From assembly GCA_964016885.1 (NCBI GenBank), contig OZ024741.1:35464001-35528000 (forward strand): 64,000 bases of DNA, in the 5' to 3' direction. The DNA comes from Eledone cirrhosa. Lineage: Eukaryota. Made by a program: the position numbers and the translations under genes. The notes under the pieces were generated by a model. The model saw only the letters and a list, made by a program, of their open reading frames with translations. It made no database searches and had not been told where the DNA came from. This document shows positions 11,187 to 23,388 of this stretch, one piece after another (positions within the stretch are counted from its first letter, which is position 1; each line of letters starts with the position of its first letter).

Positions 11187-13600
11187 TTTGAGTCTCAGTC
11201 ATTGATGTTAGTTAACTGGAAAGTTTGTTGAAATGAATATCAAGCCACTACCTGCAGCCTCAGATATTCAGGACGTATCGGAGGGTTCTTGCTGTTCCCA
11301 GCAAGCATGCCTTTTGAAGCGTTCCAAAAAGCGTGAAGGGGCCAATTTTCTTTAACCATCCCTGGAAACTTTTTGAGATAGTCCCTAGTGCGCCTATGAC
11401 AATCGGGATCACTTTGACTTCATGGCAGTTCCAAATCCCATTTACCTCCCACTTTAAGTCCTGGTATCGGTTAATTTTCTCCCTCTCCTTCTCTTGCACT
11501 CTCGTGTCGAATGGGCAGACCACATCCACAATCAGGCACGATCTTTTTTCTTTGTCCACAACCACCAGGTCAGGTCTATTGTGTTCCAGTTTCTTGTCCG
11601 TCTGTATCCTAAAATCCCACAGCACCTTCACCTGATCGTTCTCCGTCACCGCCTCTGGCTTATGCTCATACCACTTCTCAGAATGTGGTAAATTGTTTAC
11701 TTTGCATAGGTGCCAGTGGATCACCCTGCCCATCACATCATGTCTCCAGCCCTTATAGTGAGTCTGGGCTAGGTGTTTACACTCGGATACAATGTGAGCC
11801 ACAGTCACCTCTCTCTCCACAGATCCTGCACAGTGGGCTAGCCTCCTCCTTGTAAATATGGTGTTTCAACCACTTCGTTTTGAGGGCCTGCTCCTGCGCA
11901 GCCATTAACATTCCTTCTGTAGCCTTTTTAAGGTCTCCTCTTTTCAACCAGTTCCATGTCTGTGGATATCTAAATTCAGTTTTCTCAAAGAAGGTACTAT
12001 GAAGGGATTTTTCCTGAAGGCTGCTCTTTCTCCTTGATGTTATTTCCTCCTTGGACATCCCCTGGTCTATTGTCCCCTCCTTCAGTACAGTTCTGAGCAT
12101 TGGCTCCTTACTATCAGTCACGTATTTGTGTAGGTTGTTTTTCTCCATCTGAACACAGTCCTCTATGCTGATAAGACCTCTTCCACCTTCAGATCTCCTT
12201 AAGTAGAGTCTATCGACATCACTCCTTTTGTGGAAAATGTTGTAGATAGTCAATAGCTTCCTAGTCTTCCTATCCATTTCTTTTTGTTCAGCAACATTCC
12301 ATCTCAGAATTCCCGCACTGTACCTAATAATAGACACAGCTCGGGAATTTACTGCACTTATGGCATTCCTACTGTTCAGATGTGACTTTAATACGCTCCT
12401 TACTCTCCGAATGTATTTAGTTCTTATCAATTCCTTCATTTTTTTGTTCTTGATGTCATCAGCCTCCAGAACACACAAATACTTGTATCCTTCTTCAGAG
12501 TCAATTTCCTTTATCATCTCACCTGTTGGTACCTGGATTCCGTTGCTTCTGCTCAATTTACTCCTCTTCATCACAATCACTCCACACTTACTAATACCAA
12601 ATTGCATACATATATCATTGCTGAAAATACGGAGTGTCAACAAGCACATCCAACTCCTTCTCACTCTTCCCGAAGAGCTTAAGATCGTCCATGAAGAGGA
12701 GGTGATTGATGGTAAGCCCTCCCTTTCCCAACCTGTATCCTGCTCTCACTTTTCGCAGTACACTGGTCAGGGGCATCAGGGCAAGGACAAACAACAGAGG
12801 GGACAGACTATCTCCCTGGAAGATACCTCTCTTGATCTTCACGCTTCCCAAGGATTCTCCAGTTGATGTTAACTCTGTTTCCCAGGACTTCATACTTTTG
12901 CCCAACAACTGTCTGATGCCACCTTGAAGATCTCCAGGCTTTTGGTGATCCAAGAATGAGGCACCATGTCAAATGCCTTTTTGTAGTCTATCCATCCCAT
13001 GGCAAGACCAGTGTGTCTCCTCCTGCAATTACTCATTACCATCTTATCAATAAGTAACTGGTCCTTTGTACCACGTGACTTCTTTCGGCATCCTTTCTGT
13101 TCGTCCGGTAACAAGTTGTTTGTGTGGAGGTGATGGTAGATTTCCTCAGACATAATGCTTGTCAACAGTTTCCACATTACGGACAGACATGTGATAGGTC
13201 TATAGTTGGTAACATCATTACCCTTGATTCGGTCTTTCATTACCAGAACTGTGGTACCTTTTGTCAACCACTCTGGTACCTCACCTGACATCAAGCAGTC
13301 ATTGAACATGGTTGTCAGTTTCGGGTGGAGGGATGTTATATTTTTAATCCAATACCCCTGCACACCTGTTCACTAATCTCCTTCTGTACTTTCTCAATCC
13401 ACACTGCCTGGTCATTATGTTTAACATCCTGCTCCCATATTCCTCTCCAGAATGTTTTAGTTTGTTCCGCCTCAGGGATCAAGTCGTTGCCTCTTTCTTT
13501 CCCTTCAAGCTGTCCAAAGAGCATCTTCTGGTTGTTGTCGAACATGCGGTTCTGTCTATACTGACTGACTCTGTTCTCTTATCGCCTGATTTTTGCACTA
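11187..13600 (-). mobile_element. R4/Dong-like RLE non-LTR retrotransposon, 5'-truncated, frameshifted
   Basis: YRPITCL, WIDYKKAFDMVPHSW, GIFQGDSLSP, HLLFMDDLKLF, CRICG..HIVSEC, RHD, RPDLVVVD; 3' end runs into (TAA)n. Confidence 0.92.
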
Positions 13601-14440
13601 TTCTTCTTCTTCTTCTTCTTCTTCTTCTTCTTCTTCTTCTTCTTGAGTGGAACGTGGGGTCAGAGAGCCCAAACACTATTCCAGCGAGCCATGTCAGAAG
13701 CAACCGTCTCCAACTGATCCGGTTGGATGCCCAAACGTGACCAGACAAGGTCATGGATGTTATCTATCTCAGGGTCCCTTGCCGGTAGGTTTTACCCGTA
13801 AAATCTATTCAACGATTCTTTCCTGAGACATTCTAACCACATTCCCATAGTATCGGAGTTGTGATCTCTCAATTTGGAGAAGTAGCTGCTCTACCTGGAG
13901 TGACTCTCTGATCCCCGAGCTACGCACTTTATCGAGTAACGTTACTCCAAAGACCATTCGGAGGAATCCCATTTCAGCCGCTTGTATTAGCGATCGTATT
14001 CGTTCGGCCATTACCCAACATTTATGACCATAGGTAAGGGTTGGCACGAATACCGAGTTAAAGAGAGTGAGTTAGGCTTTTACACCTACCTCCGTTCTTC
14101 TGATTACTGAATGCTGAAGCTGTCACATTACTTCACCAGCTCCTGCAATTCATGCACATCATTCAGCCTCCTGGCTTCAATCACCCGTGAACGTGACTCC
14201 GAGATACTTGAACTTCTCAATCTGCTTCAGTGGAACTCCATTCACATATAAATTGCAGTACGCAGGGTTCTTTGAGAGGACGTATGTCTCAGTTTTCGCA
14301 GCACTGATTTTCATTCCAGCCATGCAGCACTGGGCATCAAACCTATCAAGTGTAAGTCGAGAATCATCTTCTGTCCAGTTAAGTAACAGCATGTCATCTG
14401 CAAATTCCAACCGACTGATTTTACTCCCGCCATACTAAAA
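13601..14440 (-). mobile_element. RTE-clade LINE 3' fragment with (GAA)n tail
   Basis: FADDMLL, EKFKYLG, PTLTYGH, AAEMGFLR, QLRYYGNVVRM; (CTT)n at 13601-13644. Confidence 0.88.
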
Positions 14441-15109
14441 TTTCATTCTAAAATAAATAAACATCTTCAGAATCAGAAAATCTTCAATGTTGATCAGTTT
14501 CTCTTTCACTACAAAACTAAAAAGAAAAAAATTATTAGAATACTGTTTATATATGTGGTTTGATTGCCGAAGATTTACATCATTTGGAATACAAGACTAA
14601 GGCTCACTTACCAAAACACTACAACCACAGGCTCACAAATACATTTTTCTCTTTCCCTCTTCTCTTTCCCTCCTATCATAACTGCCTCTCGCCCTCACCC
14701 CCCCTCTCTCACTCTCACGCCCCCCTCTCTCCCTCTCTGACTCTCTCTCTTCTTCGTATTGCCACTACAACGGCATGGTTTCTCGCCATCTCTTCGCTAT
14801 CTCTAATAAGAACCCTGAACACGTTGGTGCAGTGCGTAAGTATGTGTATATTTGTTTAAATTTACATATAAATTATCTAGTTTATTTGACTATAGATACA
14901 TCGACGATGTATCTGTGTATGTACATAATTTACTATATAAGCATTACCTCATCCACATGACTTCAGTTTCTCTGGAAGCTCTTTGTTCATAAGCAGATTT
15001 TAACTAGGCACTGCAAGATAGCGGATTAAGTAATAATCCAGCTTTCGTAGGCGATTGCGTAACTGTATTGAAACAGGTGTCAGAGACACTATCAAGAAGC
15101 AGCAACTGC

Positions 15110-15535
15110 TAAAGTCCCTTCTCAGCTGCGAAAACCTTTTGCTATTATGCTGCACAACTGCGATCTCGCCAACCCTCTCGCAATGTGGAACAACCACCGC
15201 GAAAGTCTAGCTGAGGACATCCTCCACCGCACGCAGACACAATCCGAACGTAACATACGATGTCGTTTTCAATGAGGCGCTCATTTGTCTTGAAAATAGT
15301 GTCCTGGAGATTGGTGGTAGGCTCTAAATCACTACAGCTTACCTGCTTCTGACAGGAGTGTCCAGAGGTCAACGTCTACAGAACTTCTCTGCGAGACGAG
15401 CTACGAGATCAGTGATTCTCCCATGGTCAATTGTATGTAGGATGCTCTAGGGTGAGCTCGCCAAACAATCTCTTCATCTTTGCTCCGGATGGCCGAACAA
15501 AAAATATTGTATACTCTGAGGCTCTAACAATGTAA
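15110..15535 (+). pseudogene. Internally deleted Helitron Rep/Pif1-helicase remnant
   Basis: LFAIMLHNCDLANPLAMWNNHRESLAEDIL and C-terminal FSHGQLYVGCSRV...TKNIVYSEAL*. Confidence 0.85.
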
Positions 15536-15689
15536 TTTAAATATTTTCTATTACTTGGAATTTCCATTATGGTTGTACAAATTAAAAATGTGTTCGCTGT
15601 TCAGTCTTTATTGTTGTAACTATCAATTTTCTTTAACGTACTGGCTGCTGAACTGGGGAATCCTAAAAACTATTCAAATCCAACATCAG

Positions 15690-15772
15690 AGCACGTTAAC
15701 TTAAATGTAAGTATGTAAGTATCAGCCGTACTAAGAGTGAGAAATGAAATTTCGTTTCATTCTTTTCCATTT
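15690..15772 (+). repeat. Fragment of the ~422-bp hammerhead-bearing repeat
   Basis: TAAGTATCAGCCGTACTAAGAGTGAGAAATGAAATTTCGTTTCATTCTTTTCCATTTA is the reverse complement of 52391-52448. Confidence 0.85.
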
Positions 15773-15789
15773 ATATATATATATATTTA

Positions 15790-16370
15790 TTTATTTATTA
15801 AAATAACAGATTAAAGTTTAAGCAAAGAATCGCTACTTTCACCCTTAACGGGATCTTCTGGAACTAAAAGTAATCAATCTGTGAACGCAGAAGTAAATAT
15901 TTCGAAAAACGTTTTAGCCGAACGAAAACAGGAAGACGATACTTTGGTTCGTGAAGACGTTCCCTGGCAATGAACGGAAAAAAGCGAAGATAATACGTCG
16001 TTATGTGGAGCGATCAGAACAATTACACGCAAAGACAAAACCACGTTTATGGTATAAATGGAGTCGTAGACTAATCTTCTATTTAGGAAACCGAATGATT
16101 TTCGGCTTCAGAATTAAGAATAAAGTAAATAAATTAGTAGAACGAAAATGACAGAGGTTATTAAAATCATAAAAGTAATAATAATTAAATATATACATAC
16201 ACGCATATATATACGTACATACACGTGCATACGCGAAAACACCCGCCATGCATGCATATACATGCACATACACATAAATACGCGCACACATACATAAACC
16301 CGCGCGACACATGTACCCGCACATATACGTTCGTATATTTGGTGTATACGTTCGTATGCACCAAATACAC

Positions 16371-16429
<59 letters not shown>

Positions 16430-17528
16430 ATACATATAATTAGATAAACGTATATAAATATACACACATAAATACGTATATAACGCACACACATACCTAC
16501 AGGTAAATACACATATATTCACCAAACGTACGACAACCAAAAGACAATGAACACATATACACACCTTACATACGTGCAAACACGCATAAACACAAAATAC
16601 ACATATACACATAACCATATACACATATATCAGTATATATAATATGATATATACACCTATAACAAATACAAGCATATATACGTACGAGAAAGTATACATA
16701 CCTTCACAAAACATACGGGTAAGGTATACTTACCTATACAAATAAGTAATGGTATAAACATAAAATATACTTAGCTAGCTACCACATAAAGACGTAAATT
16801 ATCCGCGTATTGTTCGTATTATCCGTTAGGGTATAATGTGGGGCTATAATACAAGAAAATTTTATGCAATTTGTGTTTACAAGCCGAAATTGCCTCAGAT
16901 TTTTTGTTTAAGATGTGATCATTGGCGTAGAGTATTTCCAGGGCTTCAGCGGCGCAAAGATCCCATCGTCTTTTATTTCCGTTATACGATCTAGCTTTAG
17001 CTAGGATCTCCCAGTGTAACCTATATTGGGGAGGTTGTCTTTTAAACTCCAGATATAAGATGAAAGTGACGTCACATTCCTTTTTCAAGGGTTAAGAAAA
17101 GAATGGGTGTGCATGTAAAGGCGCTGCTTGAATTTATTGGCGGTTAACCCTATGTAGGCCCTACTAGACGTGGGTGTTTCGACCTTACATTTGTAGACAA
17201 TGTTACTGGAGAGGCATTTCCCGGATAGAGGGCAGTCAACCCGATTCCTACAATTACAGTTAGTACTAGCTACAGGGTTCCAAGTGTTCCTACGGCTAGG
17301 TAATTTAGTTAAATTTGAAGCAGTGATGTTATGTGCAAGGTTAGGAGTCGTAGAGTTAGAAATTTTAATGGTATTTCTATTAAAAATGTTATTATATTTA
17401 TGGAGGTGGCCACACCATTAGCTAAGATCTTTCTCTCCCTTATTAAGAAGCATTTCCCCTCAGCACATAAATATAATAACATTTTTAATAGAAATACCAT
17501 TAAAATATCTTACTCTACGACTCCTAAC
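15790..17528 (-). mobile_element. Naiad-type Penelope-like element 3' part with 5' inversion
   Basis: CNCRNRVDCPLSGKCL, IVY..YIGLTANKFKQRLYMH (GIY-YIG), LNKKSEAISACKH; low-complexity 3' UTR; pLTR at 15800-16050. Confidence 0.85.
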
Positions 17529-17639
17529 TTTCATATAGGACGCACTTTTTTTCCAAAATTTGACCCTCAAAATCACTGTACGTCGTATAAGGTGAAGTTC
17601 AAGTTTGGAGTAATTACCGTATGTAAAAATTGTATAATT

Positions 17640-18360
17640 AAAAAGTAGGAAAGATGCTCCATCTTCCTGAAAGATGACATTTGGCTGGAACTATTCTAAT
17701 TGTGGTATAACGTATTCTTATAGAGTATCAAGGTAAATATATGTTGTTATTGTCTTTTATGAAAAGAAAAAATGGTTCAATACCTTTGTTACGCAAAATT
17801 CCGCACCACACATTGACCTTTGGGCTGTCACGTTCGATTTCCCGAGTAATGTGTGGGTTTTCATTTCCCCAAATTCTTGCATTAGGCTTGTTAAGCTTTC
17901 CAGACACATGAAAGTTTGCCTCATCAGTAAAGCAAATATGGTTAAGGAAGTGACCATCCTCTTCAATTTTTACTAGAATGTTAAGAGCAAATTATTTTCA
18001 TTTCGGGTTATCACCTGGTTTAAATGATTGCAATAATTGAATTATATATATGCATAAAGCCTCAGATTTCTATGGAGAACTTTATGAATTGTTCATCTCG
18101 GTAGTTGTAGTTGAACGGAAGCAAAACTGATGGACTTTCTTAGGCTACGAGAAAATGGCTGACGAATACGCTAATCCCTGGCTTATGCTGCAACGTTCCT
18201 GTTTCCATAAACTGCTTGTGCCTGTTGCGAATCGACTGACGTGCTGGAGCTTATTTTGAATATTTAGTTGTGTAATTTCTTAGTGTTTGAATATTAGACT
18301 GTTTCGATAAACCAAGAAACATATTGTGCTTTTTCTTGTGGGGGTAGTCATTTTTAAAAA
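17640..18360 (-). pseudogene. Tc1/mariner (maT/DD37D-like) transposase remnant
   Basis: Fragments MTTPQEK, ICFTDEANFHVSGKLNKPNARIWG, VNVWCGI, IFQEDGA. Confidence 0.8.
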
Positions 18361-18569
18361 TTCCTCTCTGAAACAAAAAACGTAACATTAATAAAAACTT
18401 TAATAACAACCTATTAATATGTAAAATGAATTATTTAGTTAACGCTTTTTTTTATTTTGTAATAATTTTTTTTAATTGCCTAAAGAATTGACATACGGCG
18501 TTTTGAGCGCATTTTAAAACCTGGCGGAACCCAATCCTTTCCATGTCTGAATACAGCAGATTTCTTCCA

Positions 18570-18752
18570 ATGAAGGATAGAAAGTGTGAGAGAATGGAAG
18601 TAAGTAAGCGGAAGAATTGACACCAGTATTTAACTGGCACTTTTTTTTACCTCAAATGGATGAAAGGCTAAGATAACCTCGGCTGGATTTGAACTCAGAG
18701 AATACCGCAAAGCATTCTATCCGACGTTCTCACAACTCTGTCAATTCGCCAC
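18570..18752 (-). mobile_element. Diverged SINE
   Basis: GGATGAAAGGC..ACCTCGGC.GGATTTGAACTCAGA. Confidence 0.7.
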
Positions 18753-18991
18753 CTTATCATTCAGATAGAATCTGTTAAATAACAGCAGCAAAACTAAACA
18801 CATTAAACAAGGGTTCAAACAGTAAAGGGAACCTCTTGGAACCCTCGAGCGGCACTCAGTTCTCAATAATGTTCTATGGAACTTGCTGGTGTTGTTTAAA
18901 TCTTTTCTGTTTTATTTTCAGGCAGTTCCCCTGAAAATGGGATGGGGAGGGGGAGACAACAGTACGCGGTCAAGTCGACCTGACGGTAATA

Positions 18992-19266
18992 ATTGTTTCT
19001 ACTATTGACACAAGGCCAGCAATTACCCAGTACATTACTAGTACTTTATTTTATCGACCCCGCAAGGATGAAAGGCAAAGTTAACCTCGGCGGGATTTGA
19101 ACTCAGAATGGCAAGGGCCGTAACTCTATGCGTCAAAGCATGGCGTCCGACCCTCTACCGATACTGCCAATTCACCTGACGGTAATAATTGTTTCTACTT
19201 TAGGCACAAGGCCAGCAATTACCCAGTACATTACTGGTACTTTATTTTATCGACCCCGTAAGGATG
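18992..19266 (-). mobile_element. Two tandem SINE copies (full plus 3' part)
   Basis: CCTGACGGTAATAATTGTTTCTACT repeated at 18979 and 19176. Confidence 0.85.
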
Positions 19267-19283
19267 ATTTCAAACATCTAGAG

Positions 19284-19774
19284 CAATGTTTCTCAACTTT
19301 TTTACCCTCGTGGAACCCTTGAAATAGTTTCATGTCTCAGGGAATCCCTGCATAAAATTGATTATGTAATATTATTGGTGGATTGGCAGTATCGGTAGAG
19401 AGTCGGACACCATGCTTTCCAGCATAGTTACGTCCCTTTACAGTCTGAGTTCAAATCCCGCCGAGGTTAACTTTGCCTTTCATCCTTACGGGGTCGATAA
19501 AATAAAGTACCAGTAATGTACTGGGTAATTGCTGGCCTTGTGCCAAAAGTAGAAACAATTATTAATATCTAACTCTTTTAGAGGGTGAAGCCTTTATTAT
19601 AATAACCGAGGGCTTTCTACAGTAAAATTACGAATATAAAATTAAACAAAAATTACTCATAGCATTAATTTATTTGTCTCTATTTCTCGCGGATACCCTA
19701 GGGACTTCTTGTGAAGCCCTGGGGACCTCTTGTGGAACCCTAGGGTTCCGGGAAACACTGGTTGATAAACGCTG
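19284..19774. mobile_element. hAT/Charlie-type MITE with 8-bp TSD ATCTAGAG
   Basis: TIRs CAATGTTTCTCAAC / GTTGATAAACGCTG; ATCTAGAG at 19276-19283 and 19775-19782. Confidence 0.88.
19377..19560 (+). mobile_element. SINE nested in the hAT MITE
   Basis: Full A-box, B-box, core and tail. Confidence 0.9.
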
Positions 19775-20124
19775 ATCTAGAGTTTTGAGTCCTCGATCCA
19801 ACTGCCTCTTTACTGTGATGGGGATGGAGATGGCCATCATCAAAATCGAGTTTCACACATTGGACTGGTTCTTTTAGTGAATTTCCTTCCATATCTTCCG
19901 AGTTAATAAATTCGCCATTCTGTCTGCCGGGATGATGTAGCAGGCCCGTCACCAGATTTTGGTGTCCGAGGAGAGTGGAAAGGGCTTCTGAACATTCTGG
20001 GTTACATTCTAATTACCAAAGGAATGTTTTTACCAGTTTCTTTGGTTAACATTTGTGTTTTTTTATTATTTATTTTTGTATTTTGTTCTGGTTTTGAGAA
20101 AGTAAGTACTAGGTTAGATGTATA

Positions 20125-20585
20125 TCTTCTTCTTCTTCTTCTTCTTCTTCTTCTTCTTCTTCTTCTTCTTCGTGAGAGGATCGAGGGGTCCAGATTCCTC
20201 AGACACTCCTTCCAGCAGGTCCTGTCAGAAGCAACCATCTCCAACTGGTCCAGCTGGATCCCCAAGCAAGACCAACTTAGTTCATGGATGCTATCCAATC
20301 ATCTCGCTTGGTGTCTAGCTCTGGATCTCTTGCCGGTTGGTTTTGCACGTAAAAATCTGTTCAACGATTAGTATGGGAGCTGTGATCCTTCAATTCAGAG
20401 AAGTAGCTGCTCTACCTGGAGTGACTCTCTCATCTCTGAGCTACGCACATTATCGCGTAACGTTACTCCAAAGACCCTTCGGAGGAATCCAGTTTCGGCC
20501 GCTTGTAGTAATGACCGTATTCTTTCGGTCATTACCCAAGATTCATGACCATAGGTAAGGGTTGACACGAAAACCGAATTGAAGA
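20125..20585 (-). mobile_element. RTE 3' fragment with (GAA)n tail (family of 13601-14440)
   Basis: Aligns by eye with 13650-14060; (CTT)n at 20125-20170. Confidence 0.85.
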
Positions 20586-21084
20586 TAATATTCTAACTGC
20601 CAAAATTCAATATGATATTTTTTTTCCTTTTATTTATTTTTTGTCTGTTCTACGTTAAGCAACCTGCTGAGAAACCACTTCAATAGTTAACGTTTGATAG
20701 TCGAAAACAGGAGTGTGAAGAGGAATAAATAGGTTGCTCATATAATTCATATTGACTAAAAGTTTGCCTGTACTGATTTGGTCTCAAGGAGTCTTAGATA
20801 CGACCCCTTTGACTTAATTTCTTTTTTATTACCTACGACTAAATCAAATCTTGTCACACGAGAATGAATAATTGACCTACATAGCGAAACACGTCTGAAT
20901 ATATTGGTTGATATATGTTTAAAAATCTATTGTATAGTACAATATTCTCTTGTTTGTTCTTAACGTTGATTTTTTTTCCCCTTCTCCTCTGTATTTCAGT
21001 CAAACACAAATATAGAAATTACATATGGAAGTCTCTTTGCTACGAAGATATTCATCCATTCATTCATTTGTATATCCGCATAGT

Positions 21085-21157
21085 TTGTTTGTGTGTGTAT
21101 GTGTGTGTGTGTGTGTATGAGTGTGTGGTCATGTGTGTGTGTGTATGAGTGTGTGTA

Positions 21158-21200
<43 letters not shown>

Positions 21201-21730
21201 GTGGTCATGTGTGTGTGAGTATGAGTGTGTATGATTTAATATGCTCATGTGTGCGTGTGTGTATGTGTGTGTGTGTGTGGTCATGTGTGTGTATGATTTA
21301 ATACGGTCATGTGTATAAGTGTGTATGATTTAATATAGTCATGTGCGTGTGTATGCGTTTGTGTGTGTGTGTGTGTTTAGTGTGTGTGTGTGGTCATATG
21401 TGTATGTGTGTATGGATGTGTATGAGTGTGTATGTGGTCATGGTCATGTGTGTGTGTGTTAGTGTATGTGTGTGCGTGTGTGCGTGTGTGCGTGCGTGGT
21501 CATATGTGTGTGTGTGTGGTCATGTGTGTGTGTGTGTGTGTGGTCATGTGTGTATGTATGTGGGTGTGGTCATGTGTGTGTGTATGTATGTGTGTGTGTA
21601 TGTGTGTAGTCATGTGTGTGTGTATGTGGTCATGTGTGTGTGTGTGGTCATATATGCGTGTGTATGTGTGTACGTGTATGTATGTGTATGTGTATGGTCA
21701 TGTGTGTGTATGTGTGTATGTGTGTGTATG
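21085..21730. repeat. Compound (GT)n minisatellite punctuated by GGTCAT
   Basis: Visible repeat pattern. Confidence 0.9.
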
Positions 21731-22065
21731 ATTTAATAACCTCAAGGAAGGTGGCCGTCTGTAGTGGTTTCACTAAGGCGTTGTGGTTTCTGTGGCAATG
21801 TTTCGCCATGGTGTATTCAATACATTGTATTGGTGTCTGTGGTCGGGTGTGTGGTGTTGGTGTAGTTTAGTGGGTTATACCATAACAATTGTATACGTGG
21901 ATATGATGTGTAAGTTGGGTTGTATGGAGACGCTCCATAAAGTGTGTGAGACACTACCGGGTATTTAGTATACAGTATACTTCGTTGTTGATATTTATAA
22001 TTGGCGTCACTACATTACCCCTGTATACTAAATACCCACACGGTAGTGTCTATGTATATATATGT

Positions 22066-22109
<44 letters not shown>

Positions 22110-22200
22110 ATAATCTTCTTTTCTTCTTTCCTCCAGCCTCACTTTCATATTTCTTATATTTTTGTTTTCAAATCCCCATTCAATAAAAACACCAGGATTT

Positions 22201-22260
22201 TTTCATTCTGACGACTGAAAGCAGATTTGTTTGCTTTCAAGAAACCACTGGTAAATGAAA
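22201..22260 (+). ncRNA. Type I hammerhead ribozyme
   Basis: tttcatt-CTGACGA-ctgaaagca..tgctttcaa-GAAA-ccactgg-TA-aatgaaa; perfect 7-bp stem I; followed by short tail and (TA)n. Confidence 0.88.
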
Positions 22261-22404
22261 TAATTATCTTATGTTGATTATTACATAACTATATATATAT
22301 ATATATATATATATTTAAAAGTTAAAAAAGGTTCAATGAATACATCAAAGAATGAGTTTTACAATAGATTGGAAGCACTCAACAGTTGTGGTTTTCCGGA
22401 GTTA

Positions 22405-22568
22405 TTAATATTAATTCAAAATATTAACAAAATAGATATTCTTTTCTTGTGATCAATTATATTTTATTATACATATTTCAGAGGTAATGAAATATGTATA
22501 ATACAATATGTATAATAAAATATAATTGATCACAAGAATATCTATTTTGTTAATATTTTGAATTAATA
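22405..22568. repeat. AT-rich fold-back
   Basis: 22405-22480 is the reverse complement of ~22490-22568; GAAA-tatgta-TA half-cores at the centre. Confidence 0.75.
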
Positions 22569-22684
22569 TATATATATATATATATGCATGTATGTATGTA
22601 AAAGGGAAACAGAAATAACAACACAATCGGTACAGTATATGGAAGGGATATATTAGGTTAACGCTTGATATAGCAGGAAGAGGG

Positions 22685-22720
22685 TCTTAACGTTTCGGAC
22701 GCTAGTCTTTCACCAGAAGA
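22685..22720 (-). ncRNA. Minimal hammerhead (A6G variant) in pLTR fragment
   Basis: tctt-CTGGTGA-aagactagcgtcc-GAAA-cg-TT-aaga; related copy with CTGATGA at 25968-26002 (+). Confidence 0.6.
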
Positions 22721-22988
22721 AAGAATAAGAAATAAGATAGATTGAGGGGACGAAAGAACGAGGAATCAGTGTTGCATCATGTCACATTTATTAACACATG
22801 TAGTTTCTCCGCCGATCAGCTCAAGGCAGGATCTGTAACAGATCGAACCCGCCTTTGTATTCGAAGGATATTCAGATATGCTCGTTCTTTATAATATTAT
22901 ACTCTGCTCTGCTCTGCGCGAGTATCGAGTGCTCAACCGGCATACCGCCTACGGACGCATTTACCTGCAACTTTACAACTATATATAT

Positions 22989-23230
22989 ATATCACATAAG
23001 AAACAGAATCAGTGTTGCGACGAATAATATTTATTAAACATATTACAATCGTTTCTCTGGCGACCAGCTCGAGGCACGATCGATGTAATGATCGAACCTG
23101 ACTCTGAAATCGCAAGGTTCTCAAATACGTCTCGATTCTACGAAGCAGAGCTGGTCGCCAGAGAAACGATTGTAATATGTCTAATACATTTTATGCGTCG
23201 CACCACTGATTCTCCGTTTCTTATGTGATA
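22989..23230. mobile_element. pLTR fold-back flanked by a ~60-bp direct duplication
   Basis: 22989-23069 is the reverse complement of 23148-23230; 22900-22965 repeated at 23233-23291. Confidence 0.7.
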
Positions 23231-23304
23231 TCATACTCTGCTCTGTAAGAGCATCGAGTTCTCAAACGGCTTACCGCTTACAGACGCTTTAAGCATCCCA
23301 CACC

Positions 23305-23382
<78 letters not shown>

Positions 23383-23388
<6 letters not shown>

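Noticed and set aside
15416-15535. Exon of a host PIF1 gene
   Set aside because: Joined to an upstream Helitron-specific segment with frameshifts; best explained as a deleted Helitron
16079-16714. 211-aa and similar YIYI/VCVC ORFs throughout
   Set aside because: Low-complexity (TA)/(CA)-rich UTR and microsatellite sequence
16819-17200. Selenoprotein-type Naiad (in-frame TGA near 17085; WxxC instead of CxxC)
   Set aside because: The TGA is not at a conserved Cys, the copy is frameshifted, and I found no convincing SECIS; the family consensus would be needed
19377-19470. tRNA gene
   Set aside because: A/B boxes belong to SINE heads; no cloverleaf
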